Shown: positions 12,380 through 25,069 of the stretch, in pieces
How positions within the stretch are numbered: position 1 is the stretch's first letter
How the letters are laid out: each line of letters opens with the position of its first letter
Assembly: GCF_009834535.1 (NCBI RefSeq)
Contig: NC_045696.1
Coordinates: 55,430,001-55,494,000, forward strand
Length of the DNA stretch: 64,000 nt
Source of the DNA: Camelus ferus
Lineage: Eukaryota
Reading direction: 5' to 3'
Made by a program: the position numbers and the translations under genes
The notes under the pieces: model-generated
The model's database searches: none
Seen by the model: only the letters and a program-made list of their open reading frames with translations
Told to the model about the DNA's origin: nothing

Positions 12380-13700
12380 CCTCTTTCCAAACCTACAAGT
12401 CAGCTTCCACCTGCCTCATCCTCTTCTTCCTCCCTCCTGTTAGATTCGAGAGGTTCATCTAAGGCCAACCCCTCATCTGAGCATAATTTTTATCCCATCC
12501 TCTTGGCCTCCTCAGTAACCTTGTCATGGGCGGTCCCCTCTCTTGTAGACTCAACCCCTCCCTCTGCACTGGAGACTTCCTGATAGCATTTAAATATCCT
12601 CAAGTATTTCCACCTAAAACAAAACTCCTCCCTCCCTCCACCCCACAGTCCCCTCCAGGGACTGCCCTCTCTGATACTTCACCACTAATCTGTCTATACT
12701 CGCTCTATGCTCACTCTCTCCAGGCTCTTCTACCGTTCAGTCTCCAGGCCACTGCTGCCACCATTACTTCTTAACAACAGCTCCCCTTGGTTTCCCAGAG
12801 GCCTCTTGATGGCTTCGTGACTCCTATAATCATTCAACTCCGAGTAGCATCTACCAGTGATGGCCATTCCCTTCTCCTTCTTGAAACATAATTTTCCCTT
12901 AGCTTCAGGGATATGATTTACTTCTGGTTTTCTTTCCATGTCTCTGGATATTCCTCAGTCTCTTCTGCTGTTTCTCCCTTCTCTGCTGGGCTATTAAATG
13001 TTGGCATTCCTCAAACGGTTGCCTTCTCTTCTTATGTTAAACTCTCTCCCTACAGACTCTCATACACTATCATGGCTTCAACTCTCATATACAGGCCAAT
13101 GGCTTCCAAATTTATCTAACCCAAACCTCTCCTCTTGTACCCAAATGCCTCCTAGACATCTCCACATAGTTATCTCAAAGGTACCTCTAGTCACCTTGTC
13201 CAAAATCAAACTCTTGATCTTCCCCTCCGTGCCTGCATCCCCTATGATAGCAAAGGGCTCAGTTAGTCATCGAGTTGGACAAGTCAGAAATTTAGCAATC
13301 TTTCTTGATTCCTAATACTCTCTCATCATCTCCCAAACCCAATCCATGATCAAATCTGATCCATTTTACCAATTCAATTTCTCTTGACTTCTTCAGTCAG
13401 AGCCTTTGCTCTGTTCTCTGTCTTTCCTCTGATATGCTCTTTCCCAAACCCAGTCCTTTACTTAATAACTTCCTGCTCATTCTTCACAGAAGAGCCTTTC
13501 CTGACCCCTCAGCTTAGGTCAGAGTCTCATAAAGCAGTGTTCCTTTCGTTCTGAACACTACCCAAACTTGTAATCATACTTTAATCAGTGCGATTACTTA
13601 GAGTATCTTAGAATATCTTCATCAGAATACTGTGACATTCATTAAGGATTCCATTACTGTAAGCACACAATAAGAACTCAGTAAATACATACTGCTGATT
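12380..13700 (+). mobile_element. L2 LINE 3' portion
   Basis: Pyrimidine-rich L2 motifs ccttcttgaaacata, tctggatattcctcagtctcttctgctg and tgtccaaaatcaaactcttgatcttccc, plus an L2-type 3' terminus (aagaactcagtaaatac). Confidence 0.8.
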
Positions 13701-16599
13701 TGATCTAATACTAAGGTCCAAATAGATAGGCTGGCCAAAGATCTTGAGATTAGGACCTATTTCTTCTGACTTCCAATATAGTATATTTTATGTCATTCCA
13801 AACTTCCACAGATCATATCTCTGAAAACAAATATTACTTATACTATGATTAGGGTGAAGGGACACTTCTTTACCAATAGAACTAATACTGAGTGATAAAA
13901 ACTCAATTTATTTGTAAATACATCTGCTCTACTCTCAGTCTCATGTACACAGAACTTAACATAAAAGGTCTATTGTGCTCTTCAGCTATCAGAATTCTCT
14001 GTGAAACAGAATTATTCTGAAAGTCACCCAGCACCCTAAAACATCAGATATAAGACATCAGATATCAAGGTGAGTTTTAAGATCAACTACCCTGAAGGAT
14101 CTGCACAAAGAAGATGGCTGAAAACTGGCTATATAACTTTTAGGGTTACATAGAGAATAAATGGGTCAGGAGTGAACGTCCATAAAGAGATCTGGTGGAC
14201 AGAATTTTTTATTAGAGCTGTGGTGTGCTCTAAGTCCCAGCCCGTTTCCACCCAGCAAAAGGGTCTACGTTCCCTGCATGTGTCAGGGCAAAAGATATCT
14301 GACTGTTTCTGATAGATCAGATGCGAACACACGTAAGAGCTGGTGCAGGGCTGTCTTAGGTTCTGTCCCAGAGATGAGACAGACAGCTGATGAGACTTAC
14401 AGCTGAAGGAAGCTGGAGGGGGCCTGTGGGCTCCTAGAGGGTGGATCACTGGCATTCTGAGAAGTACATATATATTTCTGTATATAAATTGAGATTTTCT
14501 TGCTTTGCTTTGTTGTATAACCTGCTTAAATTTTCATCTAGAAAAAGAAGAAATGGATCCTGAATAAATTTAAAGAGATGTGGAAAACAAAATAAAGTTC
14601 CTTGTGATTGTGTCTCAGGATTCCTATTTAAGAAACTGATTCAACTGAATATAATTGAAAATATCTTAGAGTAAAAAGGAGGGAAATGGGTATGTCTTGC
14701 ATTTTAAATGTTTTTTTTCTATTTTATTTAAAACAAAACAACTAAAAACCCTATTTCCTTTTAGAGTGTATTTCCATGTTTGAAATTCTAGACAGGAATT
14801 TAAACTTTAATGCTAAATACTGAATTAAAAATTCATTTAAAATACCTTACAATTTGCAATATTTACATGTAAAATGCATAATTTAAGAGCTGAATTGGCA
14901 GCATTTTGCAGACTTGAATCTTTTCTTAGGACTTTCACCCAAGAAAAATTAAGTCAGCTCATGAATTCTGAATGACTCTTAGCAGTTAAATAAAAAAAAG
15001 ACATAAAGCACAAGGCCCTGTTTCCTCCCAGGAGTTGAAACCATAAATAACAATCATCTATACTCTTTCTTTAGACCCCCATTTCCTAAGATTTAAATAA
15101 AGCAGGAAGTAATTTTCTCAAACTAAGAGGTACATGTTAGAGTAAGAAAACTGGCATCAAAGAATCCTTAGAAATCTTAAGAGGGATCACGCAGACTACA
15201 TAGCCAAGAGGACAAAGGATGTTTCACAGTGACCTGCTAGACTTGAAGGACCTGACATCTCCCCTTCGAATCCATCAGAGCCAAAACACCTGATGCTCAG
15301 AAGCGGCACTGATACAACAGTCTCACTGTGAGTTCAAAATAGAGTATTTGCTGATGTCTACGGAGCATGTGCTCATGTTTCAGGATGAGCCCAACTGCCC
15401 GAGCACTTACCTCTGGGAATACAGTCAGCAAAGCAACAAAAGGATCTTAAGGCATTTTGGGAGACCTAGGCTGTCCTGTCACCCAAAATGTTAATTTCAG
15501 CAGTCACCTGATGTCTATGGGCTTATATGATTCCCATATGATTTCATAAGCGCTATTTCTTGTATACAAAAAGTGTAACATAAAATTCATTTAACCTGTT
15601 CAAATTCAGGTTTTTTTGAGTTCCAAAAGACTGAAATAAATTTCAAAAACTTGCTATACTCCTTGTTTCCTGAAGGAAATCATGGAATAGCACAAGTCTC
15701 TAACACTAGTCATTTTTAAAACAAATCACATTCTCTTCACACTTTAAGCAAATTTTAATTAGATGAAATAATCTATCTTTATAATTGCTATTATTATATA
15801 ATTTTTAAACTGCCATCTTAACTAAAAATATTGTTTGTGTTAACTGACATTAAATTAGGTTTTGGCCATTAACACAGCACTAAACTAAATGAAGAGTAAA
15901 TATCTGGTTAATTTGATCAATGTGGATGGCTTTATTACGCACTGGTCATCTACATTAATCAATCTACAGGATCACTGCCAAGTCTCAACTTCATCGTATG
16001 CCATTATTAAACAATATACATACTTTATTGTTGGTATACAAAGACAGTTACCATAAAATTATACATCCTCATCTTTCGACTGAAGCACTGTACACTCATA
16101 CGGGTTCCATGGTATCACAGAGTCATATTTCCGTGACACTATGGTTCCCCTTTAAATGCCACTGTAGTGCCTTCTCATGGACTCCTCCACTTCAACCACA
16201 GACATTCCTCAGGGAACACACCAAGGACAAACAGCATGCTAGGAGACCTGACTACAGAAGTGATTTCCTTGGGTGCAGCTCCAAAGAGCAGACCCAGAAA
16301 TGAGACAGAGGTCCAGAGGAAGGCCAAGGCCTTGTACTGAACCCATGCTCACACTCTACACCATCACTCCCCTTTGTCACTTTTCAAATGATCAGAAGTA
16401 TACACATCTGCCCACCTAGCCCCTTCACGCCAGTGGCATATCTATGACATGGATGACACTTACTCAGCAGTTGCTCCTAGCACTTGATGTGAACTTGGTC
16501 AGAATCTTCTATAGCAAGCCTCCCACTATATCACCCTCTCCTGATTTTACATCTGGCTTTGGGCATAGACATTCTGTTCCATTTAGGAGTTCCCTTCCA

Positions 16600-16925
16600 G
16601 AGCTGACTACAGTCTGACAAATTTACAGATGATTTACATACATATTTTGTTTGGCCTATATGAACTACTCAGAGTTTTTAAGTACTTTGAATTACTTAAA
16701 AATCAAATAATATACAACTCTAGATTACCAACTTATCTTAAAAACTGTAAGAGTTAGTAATATTGGGCCTGCATTTCTCATGGCAATTGACTAGGGCTGC
16801 CCCTTCAAATTATGAGCTCTCCACATTGCTACAATCCCCACCATGCCCTATTATCTACAATTCAGCCCACTCTACTCAGGCAGGATACCTGTCTGACTCC
16901 TATGGGCATTTGTGTTTCTAAGTGC
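16600..16925. mobile_element. hAT-Charlie DNA transposon remnant (MER102-like)
   Basis: tattttgtttggcc, aatattgggcctgcatttctcatggcaa, ggctgccccttc and caatccccaccatgccctatt resemble the remembered consensus. The exact family is uncertain. Confidence 0.5.
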
Positions 16926-17319
16926 TTTTGTAAAACTACGTGAGTAATGTGATTGTAATTAGCTGTTTAAAGAAGCAAGCCATAAAAGCAGATCTGGTTT
17001 TGCAATGTTACGATGGACATGGTAATATGATCACTACCACAGCCAAAATTCCCTTCAGGGGAAGGAGAATGAAGCAATTCCTTAAAAGCAGGTCACCATG
17101 GTTTACGACACAGGATCTCATTCATACCCTGGCTACAAGTGACTGTACCAGGAATCAGCATCTGACCAGTCACCTATAGACCAGACAGTTGTTGCTGAGA
17201 TAACTGTCATAAGATCTTTGTCAAAATATGTACCAAACACAACAGTGCCTGGCAAATCCAACAGGACCCTCCTTCTTCTTGGAGAGTTTGTGAAAGAAGC
17301 AGCATGTGAAGAGAGAAGA

Positions 17320-18560
17320 ACGAGGTCACCAAAATAGGAATAAAGAAGGACATTAAATAATGATAAAGGGGCCAATTCATCAAGAACATAACAGTCCTGT
17401 GTATGCATCGAACAACAGAGCTTCAGAGTACATGAAGCAAAAACTGATAGAACTGGAAGGAGAAAAAGAAAAAATCTCTATCATAGAGATTGGAACACTC
17501 TTCTGTCATTAACAGTTACATAAAACAAATATATAAAAATCAGTTTAAAAAAATCAGTAAAAATATAGACGGCCCAAACAATACTACCAATGAACTTAAC
17601 ATAACTGAGGTTTTTAGGACACTCTACCCAACATCATGGAATATACATTACTTTCAAGTGTACATGGAGAACATTCACCAAGATAGACCATATTCTGAGC
17701 TACAAAAATAAACTTTAACTAATATAAAATAATTAAAATCATGCAAAGAATGTGAATTAAATTAGAGCTCAATAACAAAGAAATCTAGAAAATCATCAAC
17801 ATTTATAAAAAGTCTCTTCTAAGTAATTCATGGGTCAAAAGGCAAATTATAAGGAAAATCAGAAAATGTTTTTAACCGCATAAATGAAAACACAACAGAT
17901 CAAAATTCATGGGAAACAATCAAGCGCTATTTAAGGAAAATTAACAGCATCTAAATGCTCACAGTATGAAAGAAGAAAGGTTTATAATCAACAATCCAAG
18001 CATCCACCTTAAGAAACTAGGAAAAGAAAAGTAAATCAAAAGCAATTCAAAAGAAGAAAAGTATAAAGAGTAGAATTCAATGAAAATGAAGACAGGAAAA
18101 TTATTAATGGGTAAATCACTGAAATCAAAAGCTGTTTCTCCAAGAAGTCAATAAAACTCTCTAGCCAGATAAATCTCTAGCCAGACTGTCCAACATTATA
18201 AAAGACAAAAAAATCACTATTATGAAAGAAGGGATGTAACTACAGATCCAAGAGACATTAAAAGAATCACAACAGCATCAAAAAGATGAAACACATAGGA
18301 ATAACTTAAACAAAATATCTGCAAGACCCCTACAATGAAAGCTCTTCTGAGAAAAATTTAAGGACCTAAATAAATGGAGAGATAAATCATGGCCATTAAT
18401 CAAAAGACAGTATTGTTAAGATGTCAAGTCTTCCCAAGTTCATCTACTGATTTAATACAATCCTAATCAAAATTCCAGTTAACTATTCTGTAGAAATAAA
18501 TAAATCTATGTGTAAAAGTGAAGATTAAAATAGCCTCATTTTGAAAAGAAAAAAAATTTT
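17320..18560 (+). mobile_element. Old L1 ORF2 (endonuclease region onward), left part, internally deleted
   Basis: Endonuclease-region motifs ataatgataaaggggccaattcatcaagaa, acatgaagcaaaaactgatagaactg and acattcaccaagatagaccatattctg. Confidence 0.85.
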
Positions 18561-18562
18561 TG

Positions 18563-19765
18563 AGAACCTCCTAGAAGAGAACATAGGCAAAGCATTCTCT
18601 GACGTAAATCTCTGCGATGCCCTCCTAGGGCAGGCTACCCAGGCAACAGAAATAAAAGCAAAAATAAACAAACTGGACTTAATTAAACTTACAAGCTTTT
18701 GCACAGCAAAGGAAACCATAAATAAAACATAAAGACAACCTACAGAGTGGGAGAAAATAGTTTCAAACAATGCGACCGTCAAGGGCCAAATTTCCAGAAT
18801 ATACAAACAGCTCATACAACTCAATAACAAAAAACCAAGCAACTCAGTCAAAATACAGGCATAAAACCTCAACAAACATTTTTTCAGTGAAGATATATGA
18901 ATAGCCAATAGGCTCCAGAAAAAAATTTCAATATAGCTAATTAGCAGAGAACTGTAAATCAAAACTACAATGAGATACCACCTCACACTGGTCAGAATGG
19001 CCATCATTAAAAAGTCTACAAACGATAAATGCTGGAGAGGGTGTAGAGGGTGTAGGGAACCCTCCTACACTGTTGGTGGGAATGTGAATTGGTATAGCCC
19101 CCATGGAAAACAGTATGGAGGTTCCTAAAAAAACTAAAAATAGAGTTGCCAGGTGATCCAGCAATCCCATTGCTGGGCATATATCCGGAGAAAATTCTAA
19201 TTCGAAAAGATACATGTACCCCAATGTTTAAAGCACACTCTTTACAATACCCAAGACACAGAATCAACCTAAATGTCCATCAACAGATTACTGGATAAAG
19301 AAGATGTGGTATATTTATACAATGGATACTACTCAACCATAAGAATAATGCCATGTGCAGCAAAATGGATGGACCTGGAGATCGTCATTCTAAGTGAAGT
19401 AAGCCAGAAAAAGAAAGAACAATACCATATGATATCACTTATATGTGTAATCTAAAAAAAAAAAAACTTACTTATAAAACAGAAACAGATTCAACAGACA
19501 TAGAAAACAAACTTACAGTTGAGGGGGAAGGAAGGAGTGGAGGGATAAATTGGGATTCGGGATTTGCAGATACTAACTACTCTATATAAAACAGATAAAC
19601 AACAAGGTCCTACTGTATAACACAGGGAACTATATTCAATACCTTGTAATGGCCTATAATGAAAAAGAATATGAAAAGGAATATATATATGTATAAATGA
19701 ATTACTATGCTGTGCACCAGAAATTAACACAAGCATTGTAAATCAACTATACTTCAATAAAAAAT
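18563..19765 (+). mobile_element. Younger 5'-truncated L1 (ORF2 C-terminus plus 3'UTR) nested in the old L1
   Basis: Well-preserved ctcctagaagagaacataggcaaa, aagcttttgcacagcaaaggaaacc and gagataccacctcacactggtcagaatggccatcattaaaaagtc, ending in aatcaactatacttcaataaaaaa. Confidence 0.9.
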
Positions 19766-19980
19766 TAAGTGAAATTAAATTTAAATTTAAATAAAATTTA
19801 AAGCTGAACTACTCAAGTTTGAGGAAAAAACAATAAAGTAAAAGTTAACTAATTTCAGAAAGTATAAAATCAAAACCAAACAAAATTTTAAAAAAATTAA
19901 CAGAACAAAATATTAATCTTATAAAAAAGCAATCCTTAACTATTGTATTTATATAAAATAAAAAGCTAAAATAAAATATA

Positions 19981-21380
19981 AAAAATTCGAAGACTTGAAT
20001 ATCTAATTTTTACAACTTACTATAAGCTACAGTAATCAAGATAGTGCAGAATTGGCATTAGGACAGACAGACAGTACAGAAATAGATCCACACATATATG
20101 GTCAATTGATTTCCAACAAAGGTGTCAAGGCTTTTCAGTGGAAAAAGAATACTCTTCAAAAAACAGTGCTGGGCATATACTAAAATTGGAAGGATACAGA
20201 GAAGATTAGCATGGCCCCTGAGCAAGGATGACATGCAAATTTGTGAAGCATGCCGTATTTTTTAAACAGATGAATAAACTGAATTTTTATTTAAAAAGTA
20301 AAAAAAAAAAACCAAAAACACACAGTGCTGCGAAAATTAGATCTCCATATTCAAAAATATTAGCTTCACTTTTACCTTACACCTTTTATAGAAGTTAACC
20401 TGAATCAAAAGCTTAAATGTAAGAGTGAAAACTACAACATTTCTGGAAGGAAACACAGAAGAAAGTCTCTATGACTCTGAGTTAGGAAAAGATTTCTTAG
20501 GATGCAAAAATGTGTGAACTATTAAAAATTATAAATTAGACTTTCAAAATTAACAATTTCTTGTCTTTAAAAGACCCTATTAAGAAAATAAAAATACCAG
20601 CCATAGTTTGGGAGAAAATATTTTCAAAACACATCAAGGACCTGTATTTACAGTATATAAACAACTCTTAAAATTCAGTAAGACAAACAACCCACTTTTT
20701 TAATGCACCTTTGATAACACACAAATGAGTAATAAGAATATGAAAAGATGTTCAACTTCATTAATTAATAGGGAAATTAAATCCACACTGAGTTACTACC
20801 ACACACCGACTAGAATGAGTTAAATTTAAAATGACTGACAATACCAAGTTTTCCCAAAAATGCAGAACAACTCAAACTCTCATACATTTTTGGAGGGACT
20901 ACAAAGTAGTACAGTCATTTTGAATATTTTCAGTTTCTAACAAAGTTAAATATACACTCAACCATACTATCCAGCAATTCCAATCCTAGGTATTTATCCA
21001 AGAGATGTGAAAACACACATCCATAAAAACATTGATATGCGATGCTCACAGCATCTTTATTCACAATAGCTAACAAAAAAATGTAAACAACTCAAATGTC
21101 CAGCAACATGCAAATGGATAAAACTGTGGCATAGCCATGCACTGGAAAATTTCTCATTAACAAAGAGGAAAACTACTGACACAAGCAACATGGATAAATA
21201 TCAAAGGCATTCTGCTAAGTGAAAGAACCCAGAAACAAAACTTCAGTATCATGACTGTGGTGATTACTACAAGGGTATAAACATTTGTCAAAACCCAACA
21301 AACTATAAACCCAAAAGAAGATATTTTATTGTAGGTAAATTATACCTCAATAAATCTGATTTTTTTTAATTAAAAAAGAA
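19981..21380 (+). mobile_element. Old L1 ORF2 and 3'UTR, right part (resumes after the nested insertion)
   Basis: acttactataagctacagtaatcaagatagtg continues the ORF2 interrupted near 18560 and ends with aaattatacctcaataaa. Confidence 0.85.
20174..20263 (+). pseudogene. U6 snRNA retropseudogene, 5'-truncated (U6 nt 19 to 3' end)
   Basis: catatactaaaattggaaggatacagagaagattagcatggcccctgagcaaggatgacatgcaaatttgtgaagcatgccgtatttttt matches U6 with 7 mismatches, 5 of them at CpGs. ACAGAGA box at 20196-20202, A-tail at 20300-20311, TSD acagtgctg at 20163-20171 and 20322-20330. Confidence 0.95.
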
Positions 21381-21384
21381 ACAG

Positions 21385-21860
21385 CAAATGTTGGGGAGCT
21401 CACAGAATCACTGAGATGGCTAGAGAAACAAACTCAAGGCTAAACTTCTAGGAAAACATCCAAAACTATGCTGGAGAACTGGCTTGATGAGCAAACTGCT
21501 GTGTCAGTCCCTGTCACCAAGCCCTACATGCTGGAACCTAGGAGGACAACTGGTCCTGATGCCAGGTCTCTACCCGGCACTCAGCCTATGACACTATCAT
21601 CCCCCAAAGCCATAGGCTCCTGCTGCTACCTACGCTCAGCACAGAGCCCGCTCCTCACAGGGTTCTCTTCCAAGTCATGTCTCACCTACGTGCCCCTGAA
21701 AGACAGCTGAAGTCCAAGCGGCAGAAGAGGCTGGAAAATTGAGTTCTCACTTCCAAGCAGGGGGAGGCGGGCTCCTAATGTGTAAACTTCTCCAAATGTA
21801 GAAATGTTATTCAAAATGTGATGGCCAGATGTGAATAGGACAAATGTTGACTACAGCAAG
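21385..21860. mobile_element. ERVL-MaLR (MLT1-type) solo LTR remnant
   Basis: gagctcacagaatcactgagatggctagagaa, gtcatgtctcacctacgtgccc and gaggctggaaaattgagtt resemble old MLT1 LTRs. Confidence 0.5.
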
Positions 21861-23424
21861 CAGTCAATGAAAACACTAAAAGTTCTCTCTTTCCCTTTCT
21901 GCTCCCCTACCTCTTCTAAACCTTTCTTTGTCAAGCACTCTGGATTTCCTCACTTCAGAGGCTTTTGCAAGGTGGAAAGCTGAAACTACCAAAGACAAAA
22001 GGCTTCCTGTCTCTAGGGGAAGCCCGTGCTCACTGAGGAAACTGTCCTGTGGTAGAGGAGGTGAGAGGCATCTCTGAGCTGAAGAAAGGAGAAAAGGGGC
22101 TACTAGGAAGGGCATGCATGCTGGCCAAGTTTCTGGAGAAGAGGGGATCCATGCTCTGCTTTCCTCGGAGGCCAAGGGAAATAGCAGAGCCTCAGAAAGG
22201 ATGGCTGCTCCTGGACGCTGAGCCTCCATCACTGCAAGATCCCCTGTGTTCTACACAGTACAGAGCTGCAGAACAAGACTTCAGCGGACCCTGTGGGTTC
22301 AAACATCGGTAATGTTAGTAGTTACCCCACAGAGGACCAGAGGGGTCCCCCAGGGTTTGGGCTCTATAGGAAACCTTGCAGTGTGGGGAAAGGAGCTCCA
22401 GTAGTAATTGATATTAAATTTCCTGCCAACCTGAAAAGAGGGAGTGCCACATTTGTATTTAACTTGATTTAAAGAAAACAGATGAATAGTATTTCCTGTA
22501 AACTGCTGCAGGTCCTAGCAATAAGTATAATTTAAAAATAAATCTTAATTCCCCAAGGATTATATGAAAGACTTTAAAAAAAAATTTCTGTGCTTTCAAA
22601 TTTTAGAAATCACTTAGAAAGAGGGTAGGGCATGGGGAGAGAAAAATGACAATCTATGAGCCTTTTTTTTTTTTTTAGTGTTTCAGGATAATCTTTTGTT
22701 ATAGGGGCAACCTTCTGGGCCAATTTAAACTTGCAAGTCAAAATGCTTGTAAATTTAGTTTTCTAAAGAACTTCTAAAAATGCATGTTTTTAAACTAGAC
22801 AATGACTAGGGTGGGAAGAACGTACCTTTCTTTCGTGGCTTAGTTTTGTTGTGTTTTTTAAAGAAATTACACTCCTTTAGTTTATATTTTGGTTGGCCTT
22901 TGTGACACTGTGACACTGTAGCTAAATGCCAGTATCAATCTGGTTAGCAGATTGAAGTTTTATATTGGGAAATACTAACTAGTTTCCAGATGGCAAAAGG
23001 CCAGATAAACGGCCTTTACTGTTAAATACAACAGCATATCTCAACTTCACCATGTGGTTGAATACAGCCCCGCTTGGCTATAATGAGCGAGCGCCATTTG
23101 TTTAATGAAGCATTCATATGATAAAAGGGGCTACATCAACAAGGAGAGTTATTTATGAACAAATAAGGCCATCTGAAACCATCAGGAAGGATGTTATATT
23201 CTGAAACCAATTAAATTCTTTTTAAAAAATGACTCAACTGGAATATTTTATTTCTGTTCATCAACAACATTGACTCTTTCCAAACTAAACACTACTTTTA
23301 AAATTTTCTCGATTTTGGGGGATATGTTTGTGTAAGTACCAGTTTAACTTTTAACCAGTTTAAAGCATTCTTCAGTGCCTACAATATGAAAAAATAAGAG
23401 ACCTGAAATGTGGAGGAAATAAGA

Positions 23425-24560
23425 TCAACAAAATTAAAAGACAACTTACAGAATGGGGAAAAATATTTGCATATATCTGATAAGGGGTTAATATCCAAAA
23501 TATATAAAGAATTTACACAACTCAACAACAAATAATAAACAATCCTTAAAAAAAATCAGAGGATCTGAATATTTTTCCAAAGAAGACATACAGATGACCA
23601 ACAGGTACATGAAATGATGTTCAACCTCATCTTTCATCAATCATCAGGGAAATGCAATTCAAAACCACAATCAGATATCACCTCACACCTGGCAGAATGG
23701 CTATCATGAAAAAGATTAGAAATAACAAGTGCTGGCAAGGATTCTCCAAGGATCTCTGGAGAAAAGGGAAGCCTTGTGTACTGTTTGTGGGAATGTAAAT
23801 TGATACAGCCACTATGGAAAACAATATGGAGTTTCCTTAAAAAATTAAAAAATAGAACTACCATTTGCATTTGATCCAGCAATTCCACTTCTGGGCATTT
23901 ACCCCAAGAAGACAAAAACACTAATTTGAAAAGATTTCTGTACCTCCATATTCATTTCAGCATTATTTACAATAGCCAGACATGGAAACAACCTAAATAT
24001 CCATGGATGGATGACATACAATAAAAATGTGGTAATATATGTACAATGTGATATAATTCAGTCATTAAAAAAAAGAATGAAATCTTGCCATTTGTTACAA
24101 CATGGATGGATCCTAAGAGCATTATGCTAAGTGTGGAGTAAGTCAGACAGAAAAACATAAACCCCATATTATCTCACTTCTATGCGGAATCTAATAAAAA
24201 AAAAAGAAACACCAAGCTCAAGGATATATAGAACAGATTGTTGGTTGCCTGAGGCAGGAGGGTGGGAAAAATGGATGGTCTAAAGGTACAAATTTCCACT
24301 TACAGAATGAAGGCCACGAGGATGTAATGTACAGCATAGTGACTATAGTTAATAATGCTTGTTGCATATTTGAAAGTTGCTAGGACAGTAAATCTTGAAA
24401 GCTCCAATTACAAGAGGAAAATTTTTATATGTATGATGACAGATGTTATCTGGATATACTGTGGTGATCATCTTACAATACATGTTTACAAATATCAGAT
24501 CATGTTGTACACCTGAAACTAATATGTTTATGTCAATTATATTCCATTAAAAAATGTAAA
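23425..24560 (+). mobile_element. L1MA-type 5'-truncated L1
   Basis: aaaagacaacttacagaatgggg, tctgataaggggttaatatccaaaatatataaagaa, gatgtaatgtacagcatagtgactatagttaataat and tgttgtacacctgaaactaat. Confidence 0.9.
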
Positions 24561-25069
24561 AATAGGGAATTTGGTTATCTGCCCTGTCAGAAGCTCTTAG
24601 AAATCTAAGAATGATGACAGAGGTAATATGACACCAGAACCGTGTACTGACACAATGTGTCCAAGCACTTTCCATGACCTTCAGTCAAGGCCCTGCTGAA
24701 CATGGCTCTGCCTACAGCACGTTGTCACACACTGGACTCTCCTCAGCTCCAGGAATACCCTGGGCTCTCCCAGTTTTGTATGGTCTCTTTCCTTAGCTTG
24801 AAACACCCTTCCACATCACACACACACATACACTCTCACGATCCTTCTAACTCCTACTTACCTTTCACATTTCAAAATTTTCCTGGCCTCCAGAACGGGT
24901 TACCATTCCCCTTAAAATACCTCCACGGTGCTCTGTACTTCCCTGAAACTGTCATAAGACATTCTTACCAGATTCTAGGTAGAAACAATATGCCCACATC
25001 CCAGCACATAATGACCATAATACAGTAAATGTCCAATATGTATTTGATAATATTCATCAAGAACTTACA

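Noticed and set aside
14041..14068. Short tandem duplications (acatcagatat x2; also tctctagccaga x2 at about 18158-18185 and tgtgacac x2 at about 22901)
   Set aside because: These are isolated two-copy slippage duplications with no array structure or evident function.
18525..19267. 160-aa and other hydrophobic minus-strand ORFs
   Set aside because: These are antisense translations of L1 ORF2 and 3'UTR, a common artefact. The same applies to ORFs at 9136-10689 and 23637-24167.
20174..20263. Functional U6 snRNA gene
   Set aside because: It lacks the first 18 nt, has no upstream PSE/TATA promoter, shows CpG decay, and has an A-tail and TSD inside an L1.
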